Positions 38,735 to 51,780 of a stretch of DNA of 64,000 nucleotides are shown here, piece after piece; position 1 is the first letter of the stretch; every line of letters starts with the position of its first letter. Source of the DNA: Mobula hypostoma (lineage: Eukaryota); NCBI RefSeq assembly GCF_963921235.1, contig NC_086108.1:41232001-41296000 (forward strand), written 5' to 3'. Below the pieces are notes generated by a model. That model did not search any database, was not told where the DNA came from, and was given only the letters and a program-made list of their open reading frames with translations. Both the position numbers and the translations under genes were made by a program.

Positions 38735-38965
38735 TTTTATTTATTTAGTGATGCAGCACAGGAACAGTCGCTTCTGGCTCACCGAGCCTGCGCTGCCAGA
38801 TTACAGCCATGTGACCCGTACGCCTTTGAAACGTGGGAGGAAACCGGAGCACCTGGAGGAAGCACATGCAGTCATGGGGAGAATATACCAACAGACAGTG
38901 ATGGGAATTCAACCTGGTTCACTGGCATTGAGGTAGCATTACACTAAGCACTACGTTACCATGCC
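38735..38965 (-). mobile_element. V-SINE (HE1-like)
   Basis: Reverse-complement V-domain 'tgggaggaaaccggagcacctggaggaagcacatgcagtcatggggaga' plus a tRNA-like head. Confidence 0.8.
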
Positions 38966-40287
38966 TCCCTAAGGGTAGTGTAGCGGTTAGCAGATTTCGT
39001 TGAATACTTCTTAAAAAGAGAAATATTGTGGCTATAATAATTGGCCGCAGTGAAGACATTATTGGAGGTAGAATGGAGACTTTTATCATTATCAGTGTAT
39101 TGGGATTTCTGTGTGGTGCTCATGGAAACCTTTGGAAAAGTGCCAGACACCTCAGAGCCATTAAAATGCAACAAGAAACTGCTAATGGATTCAGTGCACA
39201 ACAGTGAGCACTTTATATAAAAATATAAATATTTAATAAAATGCAATTTTGGTCCCTGCCTTTTAATTTAAAACCAATCAAACTGAGATTATTTTAATCA
39301 TCATTGCTAAATTTTATTGGTCAAAATATGAGCAGTTGTGATTGGTTACTTTGTTCACCTTGAGTCCAGACCTCTTTCTTCATTGTTCCAATGGCTGTCA
39401 ATCTGATTTGAAAGAATTAGCGCTTTTTGGTCTCACCTTGATGGGATAGAAAAAGGTCAGTGTCAGAGGATTCTGGCAAGCGTTTGGGATGTGCCAATAG
39501 ATCTCACACAAGAGGAATAACTCGTATCAAGTACTTAATATAGTTAGTCACCAAATTCACAGTAGAGCAGAGTAGGGTCAAGTCTTAGTGTCAGCATTGT
39601 GCAATATTAGTAATTAAGTGGAATATAACTGAATGCACTCATATTGGCCAATTGAATAATGGACCCAGATGGGTGAACACAAACATGTCAACTCATTCCT
39701 GAGACAGTGGAAGAAAAGGTACCTATGTAAGAACCAAGGTGCTTTTTTGCCAAAATCATCCACCATTTTAGCAGAAACGTTTAGCTGTTATGGGATAGGA
39801 ATCAGAATATGGAAACATTGTTGAGTATAATTTAAAGGGTCTGGGGACCTTCTCAAATCATTTAATTAAAATATTTTCTTCACTTTATATAACTGATAAG
39901 ATGATGCAGAATGGGAAACCTACATCTATTTATCACAATAACTTCCTTTAATTTTCCTTTCTTGTGGGCCAAAATGGATGTGTTTGTTTTGAAGCATAAG
40001 GATGGTCTATCCAATAATTGGGTGACTGATGATGGTTGGTCCTTTATGTAGCACAACTGCTATGAATGGAGTATGATTTTCTGTGAGGCCCAACATGTTT
40101 CCTAATCAGATGAACATAATAGCATGCCTGAGGAATTTGCACTTTACATCATCCATGCGAGCTTCACATACAAATTATACTCAGCATTTCAGCATATACT
40201 CAGCACAAATGTGGGCTGTGCACATTGTGCAGTTCTACCACATTGGCAAAAAAGTATGCAATTAGCCTCACACTGCATGAAAGTATT

Positions 40288-40382
40288 ACACACAAAATGC
40301 TGGAGAAACTCAGCAGGTCAGGCAGCACCTATGGAGAAGAGTTAACAGTCGACATGTTAGGCCAAGACCCTTCGTAGGACCA
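40288..40382 (-). mobile_element. Solo Penelope pLTR with degenerate hammerhead
   Basis: 'cacaaaatgctggagaaactcagcaggtcaggcagc...cagtcgacatgttaggccaagacccttcgtaggac'. Confidence 0.8.
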
Positions 40383-41905
40383 CAGGCACGGAAGTATTGT
40401 TCATGTAGAAAAAATTCTTGCCCAGTAAATGAAAGTTAAAATAGCCAACATCAAAGTTTCACTCCCAATGTCAGTATTGAGTTTTTTTCCATTAATCACA
40501 GTTAATGATTCCATCTTGATGCAACAGCTGCACCTTAATTTTTTTTGATAAGTTACTTATTAATTTTAAAACTTCATGGGTTTAATCTGATCATGCCATT
40601 AACATCAAATACTCAAAAGTTTTATTCACAGGTGACTATTTACAATTTTGTACTTTACTGATTAAATTTCTACTTCACATTAGGAAATGTAGGAAGCTAT
40701 ATGGATATTAAAACTAAAAAAAAAATCCAGTATTCTCCTAGGCTCAAAGTTAAAGGTTGGAATTGAATGGAATATTCTTTGCTCTGGATAGGATTAGAAA
40801 CTTTCAAACTGAAATTAAAGAAAGAAAATCATAGATTAATATAATCTTCGTCACAACCTCAAAACATCCAGAATAATCTATAGCTAATTTAAAATATATA
40901 GTCATTAGCGAAGCAGGAAATGTCTACTGACAACAAAGTAATAAAGTTCAGCTATTCTATATGTGTATTATTAGCCACTTGCAGCAGCTATCCTTCCAGA
41001 TCTTCTTCAACATAGTGCGATAGAATCTATCAAATACACTTGAAATAGCTAGAATAATTGTACAGAACATGTTTCATTATGAATAATCTTTTTTTCTTTG
41101 CTGCTATTTGTTTAGGAGGTGTATTCATTCCTACCACATACTTGAGAACCAGGGTTTGGAACCAACTGGTTCAGATGGAAATAAATTAATTGTTGACAGT
41201 GCTGTACGTTCATTCTAAAATTGATCAATTATGTTTAACTCTTTACCATTTGAAGCATCTCCAGTTTTAGGCTATGGAATAATTAAAGTTCACTTAAATG
41301 CTTAACAACTGCAGGAAGCTCGATAGTGCAGGTTGACATTATGAACTAAACAAAAGTTACTGTTACTTTTAGAAATGCACAAATATCTCCATCTGGAAGC
41401 TAGCAAAGAAACAAATGTACTTCTTCAGGAAGTTCTGTCAGCTGATGATCAGTGAAAACAATTGCATCTCATGAAAGTGAGTGACTTCCTCGGCCAAGGC
41501 ACGGTACAGTGAGATAATATGGCACAAAGCAGGAATTGTGGAATGATAAACAGTATAAATGCCTAGAAATTTGAAGACTTCATCTGAACTGATTGATCTA
41601 ACAATGGATAAATCCGTACTCCCTGATCTTTTGATCGGCGCAGCTACACTGGGATCAGGGACACTGAGCAACAGGTTGCAGAGACCACAAGGTGTTTCCT
41701 TTTGAGAGTGAAAGGGAGATCTTCCTTAAGTGTTGTACAAAATATAGTAATGAAACATTGACAGCAGGCACCAAATAATGGGAACCATAGTCAGTGTTGT
41801 AGCTCAGTTCCACATATAGAAACATAGAAAATAGGTGCAGGAGTAGGCCATTCGGCCCTTTGAGCCTGCACCGCCATTTATTATGATCATGGCTGATCAT
41901 CCAAC

Positions 41906-44900
41906 TCAGAACCCCGCCCCAGCCTTCCCTCCATACCCCCTGACCCCCATAGCCACAAGGGCCATATCTAACTCCCTCTTAAACATAGCCAATGAACTGG
42001 CCTCAACAGTTTGCTGTGGCAGAGAATTCCACAGATTCACCACTCTCTGTGTGAAGAAGTTTTTCCTAATCTCGGTCCTAAAAGGCTTCCCCTCTATCCT
42101 CAAACTGTGACCCCTCGTTCTGGACTTCCCCAACATCGGAACAATCTTCCTGCATCTAGCCTGTCCAATCCCTTTAGGACCTTATACGTTTCAATCAGAT
42201 CCCCCCTCAATCTTCTAAATTCCAACGAGTACAAGCCCAGTTCATCCAGTCTTTCTTCATATGAAAGTCCTGCCATCCCAGGAATCAATCTGGTGAACTT
42301 TCTTTGTACCCCCTCTATGGCAAAGATGTCTTTCCTCAGATTAGGGGACCAAACCTGCACACAATACTCCAGGTGTGGTCTCACCAAGACCTTGTACAAC
42401 TGCAGTAGTACCTCCCTGCTCCTGTACTCGAATCCTCTCGCTATAAATGCCAGCATACCATTCGCCTTTTTCACCGCCTGCTGTACCTGCATGCCCACTT
42501 TCAACGGCTGGTGTATAATGACACCCAGGTCTCGTGGCACCTCCCCTTTTCCTAATCGGCCACCATTCAGATAATAATCTGTTTTCCTATTTTTGCCACC
42601 AAAGTGGATAACTTCACATTTATCCACATTAAATTGCATCTGCCATGAATTTGCCCACTCACCCAACCTATCCAAGTCACCCTGCATCCTCTTAGCATCC
42701 TCCTCACTGCTAACACTGCCACCCAGCTTCGTGTCATCCGCAAACTTGGAGATGCTGCATTTAATTCCCTCATCCAAGTCATTAATATATATTGTAAACA
42801 ACTGGGGTCCCAGCACTGAGCCTTGCGGTACCCCACTAGTCACCGCCTGCCATTCTGAAAAGGTCCCGTTTATTCCCACTCTTTGCTTCCTGTCTGCTAA
42901 CCAATTCTCCACCCACACCAATACCTTACCCCCAATACCGTGTGCTTTAAGTTTGCACACTAATCTCCTGTGTGGGACCTTGTCAAAAGCCTTTTGGAAA
43001 TCCAAATATACCACATCCACTGGTTCTCCCCTATCCACTCTACTAGTTACATCCTCAAAAAATTCTATGAGATTCGTCAGACATGATTTTCCTTTCACAA
43101 ATCCATGCTGACTTTGTCCGATCATTTCACCACTTTCCAAATGTGCTGTTATCACATCCTTGATAACTGACTCCAGCAGTTTCCCCACCACCGACGTTAG
43201 GCTAACCGGTCTATAATTCCCCGGTTTCTCTCTCCCTCCTTTTTTAAAAAGTGGGGTTACATTAGCCACCCTCCAATCCTCAGGAACTAGTCCAGAATCT
43301 AACGAGTTTTGAAAAATTATCACTAAGGCATCCACTATTTCTTGGGCTACTTCCTTAAGCACTCTGGGATGCAGACCATCTGGCCCTGGGGGTTTATCTG
43401 CCTTCAATCCCTTCAATTTACCTAACACCACTTCCCTACTAACATGTATTTCACTCAGTTCCTCCATCTCACTGGACCCACTGTCCCTTACTATTTCTGG
43501 AAGATTATTTATGTCCTCCTTAGTGAAGACAGAACCAAAGTTATTATTCAATTGGTCTGCCATGTCCTTGCTCCCCATAATCAATTCACCTGTTTCTGTC
43601 TGCAGGGGACCTACATTTGTCTTTACCAGTCTTTTCCTTTTTACATATCTATAAAAGCTTTTACAGTCCATTTTTATGTTCTCTGCCAGTTTTCTCTCAT
43701 AATCTTTTTTCCCCTTCCTAATTAAGCCCTTTGTCCTCCTCTGCTGAACTCTGAATTTCTCCCAGTCCTCAGGTGAGCCACTTTCTCTGGCTAATTTGTA
43801 TGCTACTTCTTTGGAATTGATACTATCCCTAATTTCTCTTGTCAGCCACAGGTGCACTACCTTCCTTGATTTATTCTTTTGTCAAACTGGGATGAACAAT
43901 TGTTGTAGTTCATCCATGCAACCTTTAAATGCTTGCCATTGCATATCCACCGTCAACCCTTTAAGTGTCATTTGCCAGTCTATCTTAGCTAATTCACGTC
44001 TCATACCTTCAAAGTTACCCCTCTTTAAGTTCAGAACCTTTGTTTCTGAATTAACTATGTCACTCTCCATATTAATGAAGAATTCCACCATATTATGGTC
44101 ACTCTTACCCAAGGGGCCTCTCACGACAAGATCGCTAATTAACCCTTCCTCATTGCTCAAAACCCAGTCCAGAATAGCCTGCTCTCTAGTTGGTTCCTCG
44201 ACATGTTGGTTCAAAAAACCATCCCGCATACATTCCAAGGAATCCTCTTCCTCAGCACCTTTACCAATTTGGTTCACCCAGTCTACATGTAGATTGAAGT
44301 CACCCATTATAACTGCTGTTCCTTTATTGCACACATTTCTAATTTCCTGTTTAATACCATCTCCAACCTCACTACTACTGTTAGGTGGCCTGTACACAAC
44401 TCCCACCAGCGTCTTCTGCCCCTTAGTGTTACGCAGCTCTACCCATATCGATTCCACATCTTCCCGGCTTATGTCCTTCCTTTCTATTGCGTTAATCTCT
44501 TCTCTAACCAGCAACGCCACCCCACCTCCCCTTCCTTCATGTCTATCCCTCCTGAATATTGAATATCCCTGAACGTTGAGCTCCCATCCCTGGTCACCCT
44601 GGAGCCATGTCTCTGTGATCCCAACTATATCATAATCATTAATAACAATCTGCACTTTCAATTCATCCACCTTATTACGAATGCTCCTTGCATTGACACA
44701 TAAAGCCTTCAGGCGCTCTTTTACAACTCTCTTAGCCCTTGTACAATTATGTTGAAAAGTGGCCCTTTTTAATGCTTGCCCTGGATTTGTCGGCCTGCCA
44801 CTTTTACTTTTCTCCTTTGTACTTTTTGCTTCTACGCTCACTTTACACCCCTCTGTCTCTCTGCACTGGTTCCCATCCCTCTGTTGTGAACTAACCTCCT

Positions 44901-44952
44901 CACGCCTAGCCTCTTTAATTTCAGTCCCACCCCCCAACCATTCTAGTTTAAA
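41906..44952 (-). pseudogene. CR1 ORF2 (AP endonuclease plus reverse transcriptase) with one nonsense codon and one frameshift
   Basis: [61 protein letters not shown]. ORFs 43882..44937 and 42100..43857 are in the same frame, separated by TGA at 43882-43884. A frameshift near 42138 leads into ORF 41906..42136. Confidence 0.95.
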
Positions 44953-45878
44953 GTCACCTCAGTAGCCTCCACTAATCTCCCTGCCAGGATATTGGTCCCC
45001 CTAGGATTCAAGTGTAACCCGTCCTTTTTGTACAGGTCACGCCTGCGCCAAAAGAGGTCCCAATGATCCAAAAACTTGAATCCCTGCCCCCTGCTCCAAT
45101 CCCTCAGCCACGCATTTATCCTCCACCTCATCGCATTCCTACTCTCACTATCGCGTGGCACAGGCAGTAATCCCGAGATTACTACCTTTGCGGTCCTTTT
45201 TCTCAACTCCCTTCCTAGCTCCCTATATTCTCCTTTCAGGACCTCATCCATTTTCCTACCTATGTCATTGGTACCTATATGTACCATGACCTCTGGCTCC
45301 TCACCCTCCCACTTCAGGATATCTTGGACACGATCAGAAATATCCCGGACCCTGGCACCAGGGAGGCAAACTACCATCCGGGTCTCTGGACTGCGTCCAC
45401 AGAATCGCCTATCTGACCCCCTTACTATCGAGTCCCCTATCACAACTGCCCTCCTCTTCCTTGCCCTACCCTTCTGAGCTACAGGGCCAGACTCTGTGCC
45501 GGAGGCACGGCCACTGTCGCTTCCCCCGGGTAAGCTGTCCCCCCCAACAGTACTCAAACAGGAGTACCTGTTGTTAAGGGGCACAGCCACCGGGGTACTC
45601 CCCATCACCTGACTTTTCCCCTTCCCCCTCCTAACCGTGACCCACTTGTCTGCCTCCCGTGGCCCCGGCGTGACCACCTGCCTTCCACTCCTCTCTATCA
45701 CCTCCTCACTGTCCCTGACCAGACGAAGGTCATCGAGCTGCAGCTCCAGTTCCGTAACGCGGTCCCTTAGGAGCTGCATCTCGATGCACTTGGCGCAGAT
45801 GTAGCCGTCCGGGAGGCTTGGAGACTCCAGGGCCTCCCACATCCGACACCGAGAACAGCAAACTGCCCTCACACTCAT
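44943..45878 (-). CDS. CR1 ORF1 protein: Cys-rich zinc-binding motif, leucine zipper, SGNH/GDSL esterase; intact
   Basis: CSRC...CAKC, LRDRVTELELQLDDLRL, and SGNH blocks IGDSIVR, CLPGA, HIGTND, DGLHLN. First ATG at 45878. Confidence 0.93.
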   Translation of the reverse strand: MSVRAVCCSRCRMWEALESPSLPDGYICAKCIEMQLLRDRVTELELQLDDLRLVRDSEEVIERSGRQVVTPGPREADKWVTVRRGKGKSQVMGSTPVAVPLNNRYSCLSTVGGDSLPGGSDSGRASGTESGPVAQKGRARKRRAVVIGDSIVRGSDRRFCGRSPETRMVVCLPGARVRDISDRVQDILKWEGEEPEVMVHIGTNDIGRKMDEVLKGEYRELGRELRKRTAKVVISGLLPVPRDSESRNAMRWRINAWLRDWSRGQGFKFLDHWDLFWRRRDLYKKDGLHLNPRGTNILAGRLVEATEVTLN

Positions 45879-46609
45879 AATGCCCCTCTCGTCAAATAGC
45901 AACAGAAAATGAATGTCAAACCTTCCTCGCCTCGCCCGCTTCCGCCTAAGCCCCTACTTCCCTAAAAAAAATAAATGTAACATTTTGATCAATCATTTTG
46001 AGACAAAGAATAAAACTAATAAAAGAATAAAAGAATAAAACTAATTTTATCTATGTGGCAAGCATAGGGAGGCACTAATTTTCAATCAGTTGTTCTCATA
46101 AATATCTTTATCCAGTGAAAAATGCGAAATACAGCACATAAGAAGAAAATGGTGCAAATGCTTAGCATCAGGCAGTAATTATGGAAGAAAAACACTTCGC
46201 AGTTTATCAACTTTTCATGCTCATTAAGCAATTGAGCTTGTGCACCAGATGAGATTTTCTTTGAAGATGAACCTCTGAAAATCCTTCGTCATCAGAATGG
46301 CAAATCTTGTCCAGAGACTTGACATGCGGTGGCCATGGGAAAAGCCAGTGCTCTTGAGGAAATGACATTATTAAACTTGTCCAAAGCACAACAAGGTCCC
46401 TGCAAACGGAATTGGGGGTGGAGAATTTGTGCTGCCGATGAGAATGCTCACCACTCACAGTGCTTTCCCACATTGCATCTCTACCATTAAAGTATATGTC
46501 AAACAGATGTGAATAAAATGTAACCAAAGACCATCACCTTTTTAATTCGAGCTACTTACTGAAGTTGAATTGGTACTACGTACTCAAATATTTGACAACT
46601 TTATTCACG

Positions 46610-47105
46610 AAGGAGGAGCAGAATTAGGCCATTCAGGCCATTGAGTTTGCTCCACCATTCCATCAAGGCTGATTTATTATCTCTCTCTCCCCTGCCTTCT
46701 CACCATAACCTTTGACACCCTTACTAAACAAGGAGCCATCAACCTCCGCATCAAATATACCCAATGACTGATCCTCGGCAGCCGTCTGTGGCAATGAATT
46801 CCATAGATGCAGATCCACTGGCTAAAGAAATTCCTCCTTGACTCTATTCTAAAGGGACGCCCTTGCATTCTGAGGCTGGGCCCTCTGGTTCTAAACTCCT
46901 CCACTATAGGAAACATCTTCTCGAAGACTACTCCATTCCAGGTCTTTCAATATTTGATAGGTTTCAGTGAGTTCTCCCCACTTCGATTCTTCTGAACTCC
47001 ATTTAGCCATCAAGAACTCCTCATATGTTAATCCTTTCAGTCCCAGGATCAGACTTATGAACCTGTTCTGGACCTTCTCCAATGCCAGCACATTATTTCT
47101 AGAAG
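46610..47105 (-). mobile_element. CR1 3' fragment
   Basis: ORF 46891..47091 (LALEKVQNRF) and ORF 46677..46916 (RTRGPSLRMQGRPFR). Confidence 0.85.
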
Positions 47106-47189
47106 CTGTGGCTCAGACAGGAGCATTTTTGCCTCTGATTAGGAAGGATGTGGTCCAGGAGCCTTAGTGCAAAGATCTAAGCTGAAGTT

Positions 47190-47335
47190 TTATTGCAGAT
47201 CTGAGGGAGTCCTGCACAGTCAGGACTGCTCACTTTTTGAATGAGACATTAAACCAATATCTCATTTGCTCTCTCGGGTGAGAACAAAGCACACCGTAGT
47301 ACTATTTTAAGGACGGCCAAGGATGGTATCCCATT
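47190..47335 (+). mobile_element. Deu-domain SINE fragment
   Basis: 'ctgagggagtcctgcacagtc...tgagacattaaaccaa...ctctcgggtgaga...gtactatttt', similar to 12300-12430. Confidence 0.55.
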
Positions 47336-49179
47336 CCTTAAATAATTTTGAAAATAAAATATGAAAACTAAAAGAAAATCAACTGCAGGTATTGGTAATC
47401 CGAAAGAAAAATAGAAAATGCTTGAAACATTCCCGGTTCTGAAGAAGCAAATCATTTTTCATTATCATGACTAGAAACTAAGTGCAAGAACAGCAAGATG
47501 TTCCACAATACATACAGTAATCCATTTTCTAAAAGGCATGTTGATTTGAATCTTTCATTAGCAGTCAGTTGAAATTTTAATGCTTCTGAAGAAATGGAAA
47601 TCATGTTGATTTATTGATTTGAATTAGCAGTTTGGTTTGGATCTTATCCCTTGTGAAAAATGGTAGAATTATCCACCCTATTAATGTATATTGACTAATA
47701 CATATAAATTCATTGCTGCATTTCACCAGTGGAGAAAATTTAGTCATCATAACTCTTTCGGAAATCAAAGAATTATGATTGCTTTCTATTTTATTTTTGT
47801 GCTCTATACCATTGATTTATTTTAAAACAATGTGTATTTTTGCTTTAAGATATAAATAATGGACTTTTGAGGAAGAAATAGCTTGTTGGAACAATTAACT
47901 TAACTTTCATGAAGGAAACTGTTGTGTCAAAGAATATATTCCATCACAGTGAATAGAATGGGTTGAATTTTGCAGGTGAATAGTTATGCAAATAACCTCT
48001 GAATTTTCCTGGTTTGCAGCAAGAAAGCTCAAAATTTACTCATACAACCACCAGAATATTAAAGTGATGAAGCAGATGTTTTACCAAAGAAAAAAGTTGC
48101 TGCAAACTGCCAATCCCAACTTCAGCGACAAAGCTCTGCGCTGATTTTCCAGCAAATAAAATAGGAAATCCACTCTGGATCTGGTTCACTTCAGTAAAGA
48201 AAACATCTGTCAGCAATTAAACCATTAGGATTTTAATGTTACCTTTAGAATTTATTGAAATGCTTTCAAGCTTTCTTAAACAATTTTTCAACTTGTTTAA
48301 TTTCAATTTTTAGCAATTGTTGAATTTTGTATATCAATCTGAACATCATCAATATTCAGTGTTTTGGCAACTGATGAACCTTAGGGGCATTTTCAGCTTC
48401 CTGACAAAGATTTCTTCCACAAGTTTCAAGGTGGACTTGTTTTAGCACCTCTATGTGAAAAGATTTGCAGACACAGGCCTTACTGGGGCACAGGTCTTTG
48501 TCGTAAACCAGGTTGGCATTTTGCAATAACATCTTTTACTAGGTTAAGTTAATTTCCTTTAATTTGCTCACAGGGCTTTTTCAAATGCCTAGCTTTGGTT
48601 ATTCCTCCATTTCCACCAGCTCCACATTTGGCACAATAATCCCTCACTTCTCATTTTGAAATTCTGAAGTTCCCTTCAGCCAACACGTTCCTTCCTCTAC
48701 AGGGAAGTGGCAGTTTTTGTTTCTTTCAGGAATAACAGAGCTTAATAGGCTGTTCAGACCCTAAAACTTTTCGATAAGACTGTATGATTTATCTTCATGC
48801 TTGTGCTTATACTCTTCAATCATTGATTGCCTTGCTTATTCAAAGTAGTTTGGCTTGTATTGGAAACCCCAAATTACTTGGAGTTGGGAATGGCTGTTCT
48901 AAACTTCCAGAACCCTTACCCAATTTCACTCCAAAAGGACCGATGTTTAATATTAACATAATGTCCTCTTGTCTTGGAATCTCATGCCAGAGAAAATTTT
49001 ATATCTAATCTTACCCCATAGTATTCCCAAATCACTTTTAAGATGTCAGGGAGACCACTGCTCATTTTTATGGACCTAACTGTTCCAGTCTATTATTGTG
49101 GTAACTGGAAATCCCCACTTTTTACACAGCAATGCATTTATTTAGCAGTGTAATGTTGGCAGTGAGTGGATATTCATCA

Positions 49180-49745
49180 GATAAGACCATAATATATAGG
49201 AGCAGAATTAAGCCATTCAGCGCATGGCTGATTAATTATCCTCCTCAGAACCATTCTCCTGCCTTCTCCCTGTAACTCTTGAATCCTTGACTAATCAAGA
49301 ACCTACTAACCTCCACTTTAGAAATACTCAACGATTTGGCCTCCACAGCTGTCTGTGGCAATAAAAATAATCCACAGATTCACTACCCTCTGAATAAAGA
49401 AATTCCTCCTCATCTTTGTTCTAAATGGACATCCCTTTATTCCGAAACTGTGTTCTCTGGTCTGAAACTCACCCATTACAGGATACATCTTCTCCACATC
49501 TACCCTATCTCAGCCTTTCAATAAGATTCTCCCTCATTCTTCTAAACTCAAACGAGTGCAGTCCCAGAGCCATTAAACACCCTTCATACATTAACCCTTT
49601 CATTCCCAGAATTATTCTCATGAAACTCCTCTGGATTCTTTTCAATGCAGCACATCTTTTCTTAGTTGAGGGGCCCAAAACTGCTCACAATACCCCAGAT
49701 GTGCTCTGACCAATGCTTAAAAAGCCTCAGTAGTACATCCTTGGC
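49180..49745 (-). mobile_element. CR1 3' fragment
   Basis: Tail 'ataagaccataatatataggagcagaatt' and ORF2 C-terminal remnants. Confidence 0.8.
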
Positions 49746-49919
49746 CACATTTACTCTCTGTGACTACCTCCCTGCCTACCAATGATTCTTTAATGGCAAG
49801 GTTAAGTATCACCTGTGGCTAATTGCCATTCAACAAGATGCATGGGCTCAATCTGACCACCTGCACAAAGGAAGAACTTCATTGGAAAGTTCTGAGAGTA
49901 GCAGCAGTTAATTTTGGTG

Positions 49920-51625
49920 TGACTGAGATTTCAGCCTCTGAGGCCGACGTGAGAGCATCCTTCAAAAGGGTGAACCCACAAAGGGGTAGCTGGCCAAGTA
50001 CTGAAGACCTGTGCTAATCAATTGGCTGGATTATTCACGGATACCTTTAACCGCTCGCTTCAGTGGTCTGAGTTTTCCATCTTCAAAGAAGCTTCAGTTA
50101 TACTGGTACCTAAGGAGAACACAGTAACCTGTGATAAAATGCTTTGAGAGGTTGGTGATGAAACATATCTACTCCTGCCTGAGCTGCAACTTGGATCTGC
50201 TCCAATTTGCCTACCAGAACAACAGGTCCACAGCAGATGCCAGTTCATTAGCTATTCACTCAACCTGGAAACATCTGGACTGCAAAGATGATGCTCTTTA
50301 TTGACTACAGCTTGGCATTCAATACTATCATCCCCTCAAAGCTAGTCAATAAGCTTCAAGACCTTGGCCTCAATACCTTCTTGTGCAATTTTATCCTCGA
50401 TTTTCTCATTTGCAGTTGGATTGGCAACAACATCTTCTCCGCAATCTCCATCAGAACAGGTGCATTGCATGGCTGTTGTTTAGCCCCCTGCTCTGCTCAC
50501 TTTGTACTCATGACTGAGGCCAAACACAGCTCCAATGCCATTTTTAAGTTTGCTGATTGTCATTGTTGTTGGCCGGATCAAAGGTGGTGACGAGTCAACA
50601 TGTAGGAGGGAGATTGAAAATCTGTCTGAGTGGTGCCAGAACAACAGCCTCTTATTCAATGTCAGCAAGACCAAGGAGCTGATTATTGATTTCAGGCAGG
50701 GAAAACTGGATGTTCGTGAGCCAGTCCTTACTGGGGGATCAGATGTGGAGAGGGTCCGCAACATTAAATTCTTTGGTGTTATCTTTTCAAAGGATCTGTC
50801 CTGGGCCCAGCATGTAGGTGCAATTATGAAGAAAGCACGGCTGTGTCTCTTCTTCCCTGAAAGTTTGGAAGGATTTGGCATGACATCTAAAACTTTGATA
50901 ACCTTCTATAGATATGTATGGAGAGTGTATTGACTGGTTACATTACAGACCAGTATGGAAACACCAATGACCTTGAATGAAAAATCCTGCAAAAAGTATT
51001 GGATATAGCTCTGTCCATCATGGGTAAAGCCCTTCCCACTACTGAGCACTTCTGTATGGAGCGCTGTCACAGAAATCAGGATCCATCATCAAGGACCCCC
51101 ACCACCCAGGCCATGCACTCTTCTCACTGCTGCCATCAGGAAGAAGATACAGGAGCCTCAGGACCCATACCATCAGGTTCAGGAACAGTTATTGCCCCTC
51201 AAACATTAGGCTCTTGAATCAATGGGGATAACTTCATGAGCACCAAGGCATGTCCACACACTGGTGGGCCTGTGTGCTACGTGTGCAGGGGCCAGACTTC
51301 TTCCCTGTCCTCGGTAGTTCAGCCTGAGTCCAAAAGAAGTTCAGTTTCCGTGTGTCGCCAGTGAGGAGGAACTACATGAGGCTTGCTGTTGGAGAGGTTA
51401 CGAACTGGCAGGGAAAGACTTACACACTCAGCATGCCTTTTTACAAAACTGCTAGCCAGCGGTGGAAGCTGAAAGGGAGAGTGACAAGCACTACCCACTA
51501 CACTACCACACTGGACACATCACAACAACCATTTTGATACATTGCTGAGTATACATGCAAGAAAATGAATCTCAGGATTGTATATGGTGACAAATGTTTA
51601 CTTTGATAATAAATGAACTTTGAAG
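49920..51625 (+). mobile_element. Degraded Rex1/Babar-type LINE (RT), interrupted at ~51236-51530
   Basis: ISASEADVRASFKRVNP, MLFIDYSLAFNTIIPSKL, WCQNNSLLFNVSKTKELIIDFR, and tail 'aataaatgaactttgaa'. Confidence 0.88.
51236..51525 (-). mobile_element. Short non-autonomous retroelement with an RTE/RTEX 5'UTR-like domain
   Basis: Interrupts the Rex1 3'UTR. The minus strand contains GTAGTGGGTAGTG and 'ctggcgac...ttcttttggac...cgaggacaggg', resembling 54977-55409. Confidence 0.45.
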
Positions 51626-51780
51626 TAGCCAGGAGAAAATGACGGCTGTCGGTAAAGCAAGAGATCAGCTGCACTTTAACGCAAAAGTTGCTTTTGAACC
51701 TCAGTATACACAGCATCCATTATTAAAAGCATAAACATTTTAGTAATGGGAGAAGGTTGTAGAAACCCTTAAAGAAGCAA

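Larger units (their letters stand above)
41818..45955 (-). mobile_element. Near full-length young CR1 LINE
   Basis: ORF1, ORF2 (APE-RT), 3'UTR stem-loop and (TTTCTATG)n tail. The 5' boundary is approximate and no clear TSD was found. Confidence 0.97.

Noticed and set aside
42011..44572. Long plus-strand ORFs (42011..42574, 42593..43111, 43796..44572)
   Set aside because: They are antisense shadows of CR1 ORF2 with no independent protein features.
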